Below, piece by piece: positions 22,201-37,200 of a DNA stretch of 64,000 nucleotides. Source of the DNA: Eledone cirrhosa. Taxonomy: Eukaryota. How positions within the stretch are numbered: position 1 is the stretch's first letter; each line of letters begins with the position of its first letter. A model generated the notes under the pieces. It was not told the origin of the DNA. It did not search any database and was given only the letters and a program-made list of their open reading frames with translations. Location of the stretch: the NCBI GenBank assembly GCA_964016885.1, contig OZ024748.1, positions 32,178,001 to 32,242,000 of the forward strand, in the 5' to 3' direction. Made by a program: the position numbers and the translations under genes.

Positions 22201-25200
22201 GCATAAAGTGTATTGCAAAATACATTATATATACATCCATATATATATTGCTATATCAGAGCTCCAATTCTAATTTTTAATTTCTGCCTGACCAACAATC
22301 GCTCTGTATAATCAGCTCCTGATTATTTACTAGAATTCTATAAGAATATAACATCAGTAATCTCAGTAGACAGGACGTGTAGTTAGCCTTGATAAGCTTC
22401 AACAAAAGCGAAACAAGGCCCTTGTCGGCTTATCTCCCCTGTTTGCTGATATTAAAGTAAGTGAATTTGTAACTACTCTAAAACAATAGCATACGGTCTT
22501 CAAAATGCTTTTAATTAAGCACAAAGTGTATTGCAAAATACATTATATATACATCTATATATATATTGCTATTTCAGAGCTCCAATACTAATTTTTAATT
22601 TCTGCCTGACCAACAATCGCTCTGTATAATCAGCTCCTGATTATTTACAAGAATTCTATAAGAATATAACATCAGTAATCTCAGTAGACAGGAGGGTTAG
22701 TTAGCCTTGATAAGCTTCAACAAAGCGAAACAAGGCCCTTGTCGGCTTATCTCCCCTGTTTGCTGAGATTAAAGTAAGTGAATTTGTCACTACTCTAAAA
22801 CAATAGCATACGGTCTTCAAAATGCTTTTAATTAAGCATAAAGTCTATTGCAAAATACATTATATCTACATCTATATATATATTGCTATTTCAGAGCTCC
22901 AATTCTAATTTTTAATTTCTGCCTGACCAACAATCGCTCTGTATAATCAGCTCCTGATTATTTACTAGAATTCTATAAGAATATAACATCAGTTATCTCA
23001 GTAGACAGGAGGGTTAGTTAGCCTTGATAAGCTTCAACAAAAGCGAAACAAGGCCCTTGTCGGCTTATCTCCCCTGTTTGCTGAGATTAAAGTAAGTGAA
23101 TTTGTCACTACTCTAAAACAATAGCATACGGTCTTCAAAATGTTTTTATATAAGCATAAAGTGTATTGCAAAATACATTATACAGACATCCATATTTATA
23201 TTGCTATTTCATAGCTCCAATTCTAATTTGTAATTTCTGCCTGACCAACAATCGTTCTGTATAATCAGCTCCTGATTATTTACTAGAATTCTATAAGAAT
23301 ATAACATCAGTAATCTCAGTAGACAGGAGGGTTAGTTAGCCTTGATAAGCTTCAACAAAAGCGAAACAAGGCCCTTGTCGGCTTATCTCCCCTGTGTGCT
23401 GAGATTAAAGTAAGTGAATTTGTCACTACTCTAAAACTATAGCATACGGTCTTCAAAATGCTTTTAATTAAGCATAAAGTCTATTGCAAAATACATTATA
23501 TATACATCCATATATATATTGCTATTTCAGATCTCCAATACTAATTTTTAATTTCTGCCTGACCAACAATCGCTCTGTATAATCAGCTCCTGATTATTTA
23601 CTAGAATTCTATAAGAATATAACATAAGTAATCTCAGTAGAAAGGAGGGTTAGTTAGCCTTGATAAGCTTCAACAAAAGCGAAACAAGGCCCTTGTCGGC
23701 TTATCTCCCCTGTTTGCTGAGATTAAAGTAAGTGAATTTGTCACTACTCTAAAACAATAGCATACGGTCTTCAAAATGCTTTTTATTAAGCATAAAGTCT
23801 ATTGCAAAATACATTATATATACATCCATATTTATATTGCTATTTCAGAGCTCCAATTCTAATTTTTAATTTCTGCCTGACCAACAATCGCTCTGTATAA
23901 TCAGCTCCTGATTATTTACTAGAATTCTATAAGAATATAACATAAGTAATCTCAGTAGACAGGAGGGTTAGTTAGCTTTCATAAGCTTCAACAAAAGCTA
24001 AACAAGGTCCTTGTCGGCTTATCTGCTCTGTTTGCTGAGATTAAAGTAAGTGAATTTGTAACTACTCTAAAACAATAGCATACGGTCTACAAAATGCTTT
24101 TAATTAAGCACAAAGTGTATTGCAAAATACATTATATATACATCCATATATATATTGCTATTTCAGAGCTCCAATTCTAATTTGTAATTTCTGCCTGACC
24201 AACAATCGCTCTGTATAATCAGCTCCTGATTATTTACTAGAATTCTATAAGAATATAACATAAGTAATCTCAGTAGACAGGAGGGTTAGTTAGCCTTGAT
24301 AAGCTTCAACAAAAGCGAAACAAGGCCCTTGTCGGCTTATCTCCCCTGTTTGCTGAGATTAAAGTAAGTGAATTTGTCACTACTCTAAAACAATAGCATA
24401 CGGTCTTCAAAATGCTTTTTATTAAGCATAAAGTCTATTGCAAAATACATTATATATACATCCATATTTATATTGCTATTTCAGAGCTCCAATTCTAATT
24501 TTTAATTTCTGCCTGACCAACAATCGCTCTGTATAATCAGCTCCTGATTATTTACTAGAATTCTATAAGAATATAACATAAGTAATCTCAGTAGACAGGA
24601 GGGTTAGTTAGCTTTCATAAGCTTCAACAAAAGCTAAACAAGGCCCTTGTCGGCTTATCTGCTCTGTTTGCTGAGATTAAAGTAAGTGAATTTGTAACTA
24701 CTCTAAAACAATAGCATACGGTCTACAAAATGCTTTTAATTAAGCACAAAGTGTATTGCAAAATACATTATATATACATCCATATATATATTGCTATTTC
24801 AGAGCTCCAATTCTAATTTGTAATTTCTGCCTGACCAACAATCGCTCTGTATAATCAGCTCCTGATTATTTACTAGAATTCTATAAGAATATAACATAAG
24901 TAATCTCAGTAGACAGGAGGGTTAGTTAGCCTTGATAAGCTTCAACAAAAGCGAAACAAGGCCCTTGTCGGCTTATCTGCTCTGTTTGCTGAGATTAAAG
25001 TAAGTGAATTTGTAACTACTCTAAAACAATAGCATACGGTCTACAAAATGCTTTTAATTAAGCACAAAGTGTATTGCAAAATACATTATATATACATCCA
25101 TATATATATTGCTATTTCAGAGCTCCAATTCTAATTTTTAATTTCTGCCTGACCAACAATCGCTCTGTATAATCAGCTCCTGATTATTTACTAGAATTCT

Positions 25201-28200
25201 TTAAGAATATAACATAAGTAATCTCAGTAGACAGGACGGGTAGTTAGCCTTGATAAGCTTCAACAAAAGCGAAACAAGGCCCTTGTCGGCTTATCTCCCC
25301 TGTTTGCTGAGATTAAAGTAAATGAATTTGTCACTACTCTAAAACAATAGCATACGGTCTGCAAATGCTTTTAATTAAGCATAAAGTCTATTGCAAAATA
25401 CATTATACAGACATCCATATTTATATTGCTATTTCATAGCTCCAATTCTAATTTGTAATTTCTGCCTGACCAACAATCGTTCTGTATAATCAGCTCCTGA
25501 TTATTTACTAGAATTCTATAAGAATATAACATCAGTAATCTCAGTAGACAGGAGGGTTAGTTAGCCTTGATAAGCTTCAACAAAAGCGAAACAAGGCCCT
25601 TGTCGGCTTATCTCCCCTGTGTGCTGAGATTAAAGTAAGTGAATTTGTCACTACTCTAAAACTATAGCATACGGTCTTCAAAATGCTTTTAATTAAGCAT
25701 AAAGTCTATTGCAAAATACATTATATATACATCCATATATATATTGCTATTTCAGATCTCCAATACTAATTTTTAATTTCTGCCTGACCAACAATCGCTC
25801 TGTATAATCAGCTCCTGATTATTTACTAGAATTCTATAAGAATATAACATAAGTAATCTCAGTAGAAAGGAGGGTTAGTTAGCCTTGATAAGCTTCAACA
25901 AAAGCGAAACAAGGCCCTTGTCGGCTTATCTCCCCTGTTTGCTGAGATTAAAGTAAGTGAATTTGTCACTACTCTAAAACAATAGCATACGGTCTTCAAA
26001 ATGCTTTTTATTAAGCATAAAGTCTATTGCAAAATACATTATATATACATCCATATTTATATTGCTATTTCAGAGCTCCAATTCTAATTTTTAATTTCTG
26101 CCTGATCAACAATCGCTCTGTATAATCAGCTCCTGATTATTTACTAGAATTCTATAAGAATATAACATAAGTAATCTCAGTAGACAGGAGGGTTAGTTAG
26201 CTTTCATAAGCTTCAACAAAAGCTAAACAAGGTCCTTGTCGGCTTATCTGCTCTGTTTGCTGAGATTAAAGTAAGTGAATTTGTAACTACTCTAAAACAA
26301 TAGCATACGGTCTACAAAATGCTTTTAATTAAGCACAAAGTGTATTGCAAAATACATTATATATACATCCATATATATATTGCTATTTCAGAGCTCCAAT
26401 TCTAATTTGTAATTTCTGCCTGACCAACAATCGCTCTGTATAATCAGCTCCTGATTATTTACTAGAATTCTATAAGAATATAACATAAGTAATCTCAGTA
26501 GACAGGAGGGTTAGTTAGCCTTGATAAGCTTCAACAAAAGCGAAACAAGGCCCTTGTCGGCTTATCTCCCCTGTTTGCTGAGATTAAAGTAAGTGAATTT
26601 GTCACTACTCTAAAACAATAGCATACGGTCTTCAAAATGCTTTTTATTAAGCATAAAGTCTATTGCAAAATACATTATATATACATCCATATTTATATTG
26701 CTATTTCAGAGCTCCAATTCTAATTTTTAATTTCTGCCTGACCAACAATCGCTCTGTATAATCAGCTCCTGATTATTTACTAGAATTCTATAAGAATATA
26801 ACATAAGTAATCTCAGTAGACAGGGGGGTTAGTTAGCTTTCATAAGCTTCAACAAAAGCTAAACAAGGCCCTTGTCGGCTTATCTGCTCTGTTTGCTGAG
26901 ATTAAAGTAAGTGAATTTGTAACTACTCTAAAACAATAGCATACGGTCTACAAAATGCTTTTAATTAAGCACAAAGTGTATTGCAAAATACATTATATAT
27001 ACATCCATATATATATTGCTATTTCAGAGCTCCAATTCTAATTTGTAATTTCTGCCTGACCAACAATCGCTCTGTATAATCAGCTCCTGATTATTTACTA
27101 GAATTCTATAAGAATATAACATAAGTAATCTCAGTAGACAGGAGGGTTAGTTAGCCTTGATAAGCTTCAACAAAAGCGAAACAAGGCCCTTGTCGGCTTA
27201 TCTGCTCTGTTTGCTGAGATTAAAGTAAGTGAATTTGTAACTACTCTAAAACAATAGCATACGGTCTACAAAATGCTTTTAATTAAGCACAAAGTGTATT
27301 GCAAAATACATTATATATACATCCATATATATATTGCTATTTCAGAGCTCCAATTCTAATTTTTAATTTCTGCCTGACCAACAATCGCTCTGTATAATCA
27401 GCTCCTGATTATTTACTAGAATTCTTTAAGAATATAACATAAGTAATCTCAGTAGACAGGACGGGTAGTTAGCCTTGATAAGCTTCAACAAAAGCGAAAC
27501 AAGGCCCTTGTCGGCTTATCTCCCCTGTTTGCTGAGATTAAAGTAAATGAATTTGTCACTACTCTAAAACAATAGCATACGGTCTGCAAATGCTTTTAAT
27601 TAAGCATAAAGTCTATTGCAAAATACATTATATATACATCCATATATATATTGCTATTTCAGAGCTCCAATTCTAATTTTTAATTTCTGCCTGACCAACA
27701 ATCGCTCTGTATAATCAGCTCCTGATTATTTACTAGAATTCTATAAGAATATAACATCAGTAATCTCAGTAGACAGGACGGGTAGTTAGCCTTGATAAGC
27801 TTCAACAAAAGCGAAACAAGGCCCTTGTCGGCTTATCTCCCCTGTTTGCTGAGATTAAAGTAAGTGAATTTGTCACTACTCTAAAACAATAGCATACAGT
27901 CTTCAAAATGCTTTTAATTAAGCATAAAGTCTATTGCAAAATACATTATATATACATCCATATATATATATTGCTATTTCAGAGCTCCAATTCTAATTTT
28001 TAATTTCTGCCTGACCAACAATCGCTCTGTATAATCAGCTCCTGATTATTTACTAGAATTCTATAAGAATATAACATCAGTAATCTCAGTAGACAGGACC
28101 GGTAGTTAGCCTTGATAAGCTTCAACGAAAGTGAAACAAGGCCCTTGTCGGCTTATCTCCCCTGTTTGCTGAGATTAAAGTAAGTGAATTTGTAACTACT

Positions 28201-31200
28201 CTAAAACAATAGCATACGGTCTTCAAAATGCTTTTAATTAAGCACAAAGTGTATTGCAAAATACATTATATATACATCCATATATATATTGCTATTTCAG
28301 AGCTCCAATACTAATTTTTAATTTCTGCCTGACCAACAATCGCTCTGTATAATCAGCTCCTGATTATTTACTAGAATTCTATAAGAATATAACATCAGTA
28401 ATCTCAGTAGACAGGACGGGTAGTTAGCCTTGATAAGCTTCAACAAAAGCGAAACAAGGCCCTTGTCGGCTTATCTCCCCTGTTTGCTGAGATTAAAGTA
28501 AATGAATTTGTCACTACTCTAAAACAATAGCATACGGTCTGCAAAATGCTTCTAATTAAGCATAAAGTCTATTGCAAAATACATTATATATACATCCATA
28601 TATATATTGCTATTTCAGAGCTCCAATACTAATTTTTAATTTCTGCCTGACCAACAATCGCTCTGTATAATCAGCTCCCGATTATTTACTAGAATTCTAT
28701 AAGAATATAACATCAGTAATCTCAGTAGACAGGAGGGGTAGTTAGCCTTGATAAGCTTCAACAAAAGCGAAACAAGGCCCTTGTCGGCTTATCTCCCCTG
28801 TTTGCTGAGATGAAAGTAAGTGAATTTGTCACTACTCTAAAACAATAGCATACAGTCTTCAAAATGCTTTTAATTAAGCATAAAGTCTATTGCAAAATAC
28901 ATTATATATACATCCATATATATATATTGCTATTTCAGAGCTCCAATTCTAATTTTTCATTTCTGCCTGACCAACAATCGCTCTCTATAATCAGCTCCTG
29001 ATTATTTACTAGAATTCTATAAGAATATAACATCAGTAATCTCAGTAGACAGGAGGGTTAGATAGCCTTGATAAGCTTCAACAAAAGCGAAACAAGGCCC
29101 TTGTCGGCTTATCTGCTCTGTTTGCTGAGATTAAAGTAAGTGAATTTGTAACTACTCTAAAACAATAGCATACGGTCTACAAAATGCTTTTAATTAAGCA
29201 CAAAGTGTATTGCAAAATACATTATATATACATCCATATATATATTGCTATTTCAGAGCTCCAATTCTAATTTGTAATTTCTGCCTGACCAACAATCGCT
29301 CTGTATAATCAGCTCCTGATTATTTACTAGAATTCTATAAGAATATAACATAAGTAATCTCAGTAGACAGGAGGGTTAGTTAGCCTTGATAAGCTTCAAC
29401 AAAAGCGAAACAAGGCCCTTGTCGGCTTATCTGCTCTGTTTGCTGAGATTAAAGTAAGTGAATTTGTAACTACTCTAAAACAATAGCATACGGTCTACAA
29501 AATGCTTTTAATTAAGCACAAAGTGTATTGCAAAATACATTATATATACATCCATATATATATTGCTATTTCAGAGCTCCAATTCTAATTTTTAATTTCT
29601 GCCTGACCAACAATCGCTCTGTATAATCAGCTCCTGATTATTTACTAGAATTCTTTAAGAATATAACATAAGTAATCTCAGTAGACAGGACGGGTAGTTA
29701 GCCTTGATAAGCTTCAACAAAAGCGAAACAAGGCCCTTGTCGGCTTATCTCCCCTGTTTGCTGAGATTAAAGTAAATGAATTTGTCACTACTCTAAAACA
29801 ATAGCATACGGTCTGCAAATGCTTTTAATTAAGCATAAAGTCTATTGCAAAATACATTATATATACATCCATATATATATTGCTATTTCAGAGCTCCAAT
29901 TCTAATTTTTAATTTCTGCCTGACCAACAATCGCTCTGTATAATCAGCTCCTGATTATTTACTAGAATTCTATAAGAATATAACATCAGTAATCTCAGTA
30001 GACAGGACGGGTAGTTAGCCTTGATAAGCTTCAACAAAAGCGAAACAAGGCCCTTGTCGGCTTATCTCCCCTGTTTGCTGAGATTAAAGTAAGTGAATTT
30101 GTCACTACTCTAAAACAATAGCATACAGTCTTCAAAATGCTTTTAATTAAGCATAAAGTCTATTGCAAAATACATTATATATACATCCATATATATATAT
30201 TGCTATTTCAGAGCTCCAATTCTAATTTTTAATTTCTGCCTGACCAACAATCGCTCTGTATAATCAGCTCCTGATTATTTACTAGAATTCTATAAGAATA
30301 TAACATCAGTAATCTCAGTAGACAGGACCGGTAGTTAGCCTTGATAAGCTTCAACGAAAGTGAAACAAGGCCCTTGTCGGCTTATCTCCCCTGTTTGCTG
30401 AGATTAAAGTAAGTGAATTTGTAACTACTCTAAAACAATAGCATACGGTCTTCAAAATGCTTTTAATTAAGCACAAAGTGTATTGCAAAATACATTATAT
30501 ATACATCCATATATATATTGCTATTTCAGAGCTCCAATACTAATTTTTAATTTCTGCCTGACCAACAATCGCTCTGTATAATCAGCTCCTGATTATTTAC
30601 TAGAATTCTATAAGAATATAACATCAGTAATCTCAGTAGACAGGACGGGTAGTTAGCCTTGATAAGCTTCAACAAAAGCGAAACAAGGCCCTTGTCGGCT
30701 TATCTCCCCTGTTTGCTGAGATTAAAGTAAATGAATTTGTCACTACTCTAAAACAATAGCATACGGTCTGCAAAATGCTTCTAATTAAGCATAAAGTCTA
30801 TTGCAAAATACATTATATATACATCCATATATATATTGCTATTTCAGAGCTCCAATACTAATTTTTAATTTCTGCCTGACCAACAATCGCTCTGTATAAT
30901 CAGCTCCCGATTATTTACTAGAATTCTATAAGAATATAACATCAGTAATCTCAGTAGACAGGAGGGGTAGTTAGCCTTGATAAGCTTCAACAAAAGCGAA
31001 ACAAGGCCCTTGTCGGCTTATCTCCCCTGTTTGCTGAGATGAAAGTAAGTGAATTTGTCACTACTCTAAAACAATAGCATACAGTCTTCAAAATGCTTTT
31101 AATTAAGCATAAAGTCTATTGCAAAATACATTATATATACATCCATATATATATATTGCTATTTCAGAGCTCCAATTCTAATTTTTCATTTCTGCCTGAC

Positions 31201-34200
31201 CAACAATCGCTCTCTATAATCAGCTCCTGATTATTTACTAGAATTCTATAAGAATATAACATCAGTAATCTCAGTAGACAGGAGGGTTAGATAGCCTTGA
31301 TAAGCTTCAACAAAAGCGAAACAAGGCCCTTGTCGGCTTATCTCCCCTGTTTGCTGAGATTAAAGTAAGTGAATTTGTAACTACTTTAAAACAATAGCAT
31401 ACGGTCTTTAAAATGCTTTTAATTAAGCATAAAGTGTATTGCAAAATACATTATATATACATCCATATATATATTGCTATTTCAGAGCTCCAATTCTAAT
31501 TTTTAATTTATGCCTGACCAACAATCGCTCTGTATAATCAGCTCCTGATTATTTACTAGAATTCTATAAGAATATAACATCAGTAATCTCAGTAGACAGG
31601 AGGGTTAGTTAGCCTTGATAAGCTTCAACAAAAGCGAAACAAGGCCCTTGTCGGCTTATCTGCTCTGTTTGCTGAGATTAAAGTAAGTGAATTTGTAACT
31701 ACTCTAAAACAATAGCATACGGTCTACAAAATGCTTTTAATTAAGCACAAAGTGTATTGCAAAATACATTATATATACATCCATATATATATTGCTATTT
31801 CAGAGCTCCAATTCTAATTTTTAATTTCTGCCTGACCAACAATCGCTCTGTATAATCAGCTCCTGATTATTTACTAGAATTCTATAAGAATATAACATCA
31901 GTAATCTCAGTAGACAGGACGTGTAGTTAGCCTTGATAAGCTTCAACAAAAGCGAAACAAGGCCCTTGTCGGCTTATCTCCCCTGTTTGCTGAGATTAAA
32001 ATAAGTGAATTTATCACTACTCTAAAACAATAGCATACGGTCTTCAAAATGCTTTTTATTAAGCATAAAGTCTATTGCAAAATACATTATACAGACATCC
32101 ATATTTATATTGCTATTTCATAGCTCCAATTCTAATTTTTAATTTCTGCCTGACCAACAATCGCTCTGTATAATCAGCTCCTGATTATTTACTAGAATTC
32201 TATAAGAATATAACATCAGTAATCTCAGTAGACAGGACGTGTAGTTAGCCTTGATAAGCTTCAACAAAAGCGAAACAAGGCCCTTGTCGGCTTATCTCCC
32301 CTGTTTGCTGAGATTAAAATAAGTGAATTTATCACTACTCTAAAACAATAGCATACGGTCTTCAAAATGCTTTTTATTAAGCATAAAGTCTATTGCAAAA
32401 TACATTATACAGACATCCATATTTATATTGCTATTTCATAGCTCCAATTCTAATTTTTAATTTCTGCCTGACCAACAATCGCTCTGTATAATCAGCTCCT
32501 GATTATTTACTAGAATTCTATAAGAATATAACATAAGTAATCTCAGTAGACAGGAGGGTTAGTTAGCCTTGATAAGCTTCAACAAAAGCGAAACAAGGCC
32601 CTTGTCGGCTTATCTGCTCTGTTTGCTGAGATTAAAGTAAGTGAATTTGTCACTACTCTAAAACAATAGCATACGGTCTTCAAAATGCTTTTAATTAAGC
32701 ATAAAGTGTATTGCAAAATACATTATATATACATCCATATATATATTGCTATTTCAGAGCTCCAATTCTAATTTTTAATTTCTGCCTGACCAACAATCGC
32801 TCTGTATAATCAGCTCCTGATTATTTACTGGAATTCTATAAGAATATAACATCAGTAATCTCAGTAGACAGGAGGGTTAGTTAGCCTTGATAAGCTTCAA
32901 CAAAAGCGAAACAAGGCCCTTGTCGGCTTATCTGCTCTGTTTGCTGAGATTAAAGTAAGTGAATTTGTCACTACTCTAAAACAATAGCATACGGTCTTCA
33001 AAATGCTTTTAATTAAGCATAAAGTGTATTGCAAAATACATTATATATACATCCATATATATATTGCTATTTCAGAGCTCCAATTCTAATTTTTAATTTC
33101 TGCCTGACCAACAATCGCTCTGTATAATCAGCTCCTGATTATTTACTGGAATTCTATAAGAATATAACATCAGTAATCTCAGTAGACAGGAGGGGTAGTT
33201 AGCCTTGATAAGCTTCAACAAAAGTGAAACAAGGCCCTTGTCGGCTTATCTCCCCTGATTGCTGAGATTAAAGTAAGTGAATTTGTCACTACTCTAAAAC
33301 AATAGCATACGGTCTTCAAAATGCTTTTAATTAAGCACAAAGTGTATTGCAAAATACATTATATATACATCCATATATATATATTGCTATTTCAGAGCTC
33401 CAATTCTAATTTTTCATTTCTGCCTGACCAACAATCGCTCTCTATAATCAGCTCCTGATTATTTACTAGAATTCTATAAGAATATAACATCAGTAATCTC
33501 AGTAGACAGGAGGGTTAGATAGCCTTGATAAGCTTCAACAAAAGCGAAACAAGGCCCTTGTCGGCTTATCTCCCCTGTTTGCTGAGATTAAAGTAAGTGA
33601 ATTTGTAACTACTTTAAAACAATAGCATACGGTCTTTAAAATGCTTTTAATTAAGCATAAAGTGTATTGCAAAATACATTATATATACATCCATATATAT
33701 ATTGCTATTTCAGAGCTCCAATTCTAATTTTTAATTTATGCCTGACCAACAATCGCTCTGTATAATCAGCTCCTGATTATTTACTAGAATTCTATAAGAA
33801 TATAACATCAGTAATCTCAGTAGACAGGAGGGTTAGTTAGCCTTGATAAGCTTCAACAAAAGCGAAACAAGGCCCTTGTCGGCTTATCTGCTCTGTTTGC
33901 TGAGATTAAAGTAAGTGAATTTGTAACTACTCTAAAACAATAGCATACGGTCTACAAAATGCTTTTAATTAAGCACAAAGTGTATTGCAAAATACATTAT
34001 ATATACATCCATATATATATTGCTATTTCAGAGCTCCAATTCTAATTTTTAATTTCTGCCTGACCAACAATCGCTCTGTATAATCAGCTCCTGATTATTT
34101 ACTAGAATTCTATAAGAATATAACATCAGTAATCTCAGTAGACAGGACGTGTAGTTAGCCTTGATAAGCTTCAACAAAAGCGAAACAAGGCCCTTGTCGG

Positions 34201-37200
34201 CTTATCTCCCCTGTTTGCTGAGATTAAAATAAGTGAATTTATCACTACTCTAAAACAATAGCATACGGTCTTCAAAATGCTTTTTATTAAGCATAAAGTC
34301 TATTGCAAAATACATTATACAGACATCCATATTTATATTGCTATTTCATAGCTCCAATTCTAATTTTTAATTTCTGCCTGACCAACAATTGCTCTGTATA
34401 ATCAGCTCCTGATTATTTACTAGAATTCTATAAGAATATAACATCAGTAATCTCAGTAGACAGGACGTGTAGTTAGCCTTGATAAGCTTCAACAAAAGCG
34501 AAACAAGGCCCTTGTCGGCTTATCTCCCCTGTTTGCTGAGATTAAAATAAGTGAATTTATCACTACTCTAAAACAATAGCATACGGTCTTCAAAATGCTT
34601 TTTATTAAGCATAAAGTCTATTGCAAAATACATTATACAGACATCCATATTTATATTGCTATTTCATAGCTCCAATTCTAATTTTTAATTTCTGCCTGAC
34701 CAACAATCGCTCTGTATAATCAGCTCCTGATTATTTACTAGAATTCTATAAGAATATAACATAAGTAATCTCAGTAGACAGGAGGGTTAGTTAGCCTTGA
34801 TAAGCTTCAACAAAAGCGAAACAAGGCCCTTGTCGGCTTATCTGCTCTGTTTGCTGAGATTAAAGTAAGTGAATTTGTCACTACTCTAAAACAATAGCAT
34901 ACGGTCTTCAAAATGCTTTTAATTAAGCATAAAGTGTATTGCAAAATACATTATATATACATCCATATATATATTGCTATTTCAGAGCTCCAATTCTAAT
35001 TTTTAATTTCTGCCTGACCAACAATCGCTCTGTATAATCAGCTCCTGATTATTTACTGGAATTCTATAAGAATATAACATCAGTAATCTCAGTAGACAGG
35101 AGGGTTAGTTAGCCTTGATAAGCTTCAACAAAAGCGAAACAAGGCCCTTGTCGGCTTATCTGCTCTGTTTGCTGAGATTAAAGTAAGTGAATTTGTCACT
35201 ACTCTAAAACAATAGCATACGGTCTTCAAAATGCTTTTAATTAAGCATAAAGTGTATTGCAAAATACATTATATATACATCCATATATATATTGCTATTT
35301 CAGAGCTCCAATTCTAATTTTTAATTTCTGCCTGACCAACAATCGCTCTGTATAATCAGCTCCTGATTATTTACTGGAATTCTATAAGAATATAAAATCA
35401 GTAATCTCAGTAGACAGGAGGGGTAGTTAGCCTTGATAAGCTTCAACAAAAGTGAAACAAGGCCCTTGTCGGCTTATCTCCCCTGATTGCTGAGATTAAA
35501 GTAAGTGAATTTGTCACTACTCTAAAACAATAGCATACGGTCTTCAAAATGCTTTTAATTAAGCACAAAGTGTATTGCAAAATACATTATATATACATCC
35601 ATATATATATTGCTATTTCAGAGCTCCAATTCTAATTTTTAATTTCTGCCTGACCAACAATCGCTCTGTATAATCAGCTCCTGATTATTTACTAGAATTC
35701 TTTAAGAATATAACATAAGTAATCTCAGTAGACAGGACGGGTAGTTAGCCTTGATAAGCTTCAACAAAAGCGAAACAAGGCCCTTGTCGGCTTATCTCCC
35801 CTGTTTGCTGAGATTAAAGTAAATTAATTTGTCACTACTCTAAAACAATAGCATACGGTCTGCAAATGCTTTTAATTAAGCATAAAGTCTATTGCAAAAT
35901 ACATTATATATACATCCATATATATATTGCTATTTCAGAGCTCCAATTCTAATTTTTAAGTTCTGCCTGACCAACAATCGCTCTGTATAATCAGCTCCTG
36001 ATTATTTACTAGAATTCTATAAGAATATAACATCAGTAATCTCAGTAGACAGGACGGGTAGTTAGCCTTGATAAGCTTCAACGAAAGCGAAACAAGGCCC
36101 TTGTCGGCTTATCTCCCCTGTTTGCTGAGATTAAAGTAAGTGAATTTGTAACTACTCTAAAACAATAGCATACGGTCTTCAAAATGCTTTTAATTAAGCA
36201 CAAAGTGTATTGTAAAATACATTATATATACATCCATATATATATTGCTATTTCAGAGCTCCAATACTAATTTTTAATTTCTGCCTGACCAACAATCGCT
36301 CTGTATAATCAGCTCCTGATTATTTACTAGAATTCTATGAGAATATAACATCAGTAATCTCAGTAGACAGGACGGGTAGCTAGCCTTGATAAGCTTCAAC
36401 AAAAGCGAAACAAGGCCCTTGTCGGCTTATCTCCCCTGTTTGCTGAGATGAAAGTAAATGAATTTGTCACTACTCTAAAACAATAGCATACGGTCTGCAA
36501 AATGCTTTTAATTAAGCATAAAGTCTATTGCAAAATACATTATATATACATCCATATATATATATTGCTATTTCAGAGCTCCAATACTAATTTTTAATTT
36601 CTGCCTGACCAACAATCGCTCTGTATAATCAGCTCCTGATTATTTACTAGAATTCTATAAGAATATAACATCAGTAATCTCAGTAGACAGGAGGGGTAGT
36701 TAGCCTTGATAAGCTTCAACAAAAGCGAAACAAGGCCCTTGTCGGCTTATCTCCCCTGTTTGCTGAGATGAAAGAAAGTGAATTTGTCACTACTCTAAAA
36801 CAATAGCATACAGTCTTCAAAATGCTTTTAATTAAGCATAAAGTCTATTGCAAAATACATTATATATACATCCATATATATATATTGCTATTTCAGAGCT
36901 CCAATTCTAATTTTTAATTTCTGCCTGACCAACAATCGCTCTCTATAATCAGCTCCTGATTATATACTAGAATTCTATAAGAATATAACATCATTAATCT
37001 CAGTAGACAGGACGGGTAGTTAGCCTTGATAAGCTTCAACAAAAGCGAAACAAGGCCCTTGTCGGCTTATCTCCCCTGTTTGCTGAGATTAAAGTAAATT
37101 AATTTGTCACTACTCTAAAACAATAGCATACGGTCTGCAAATGCTTTTAATTAAGCATAAAGTCTATTGCAAAATACATTATATATACATCCATATATAT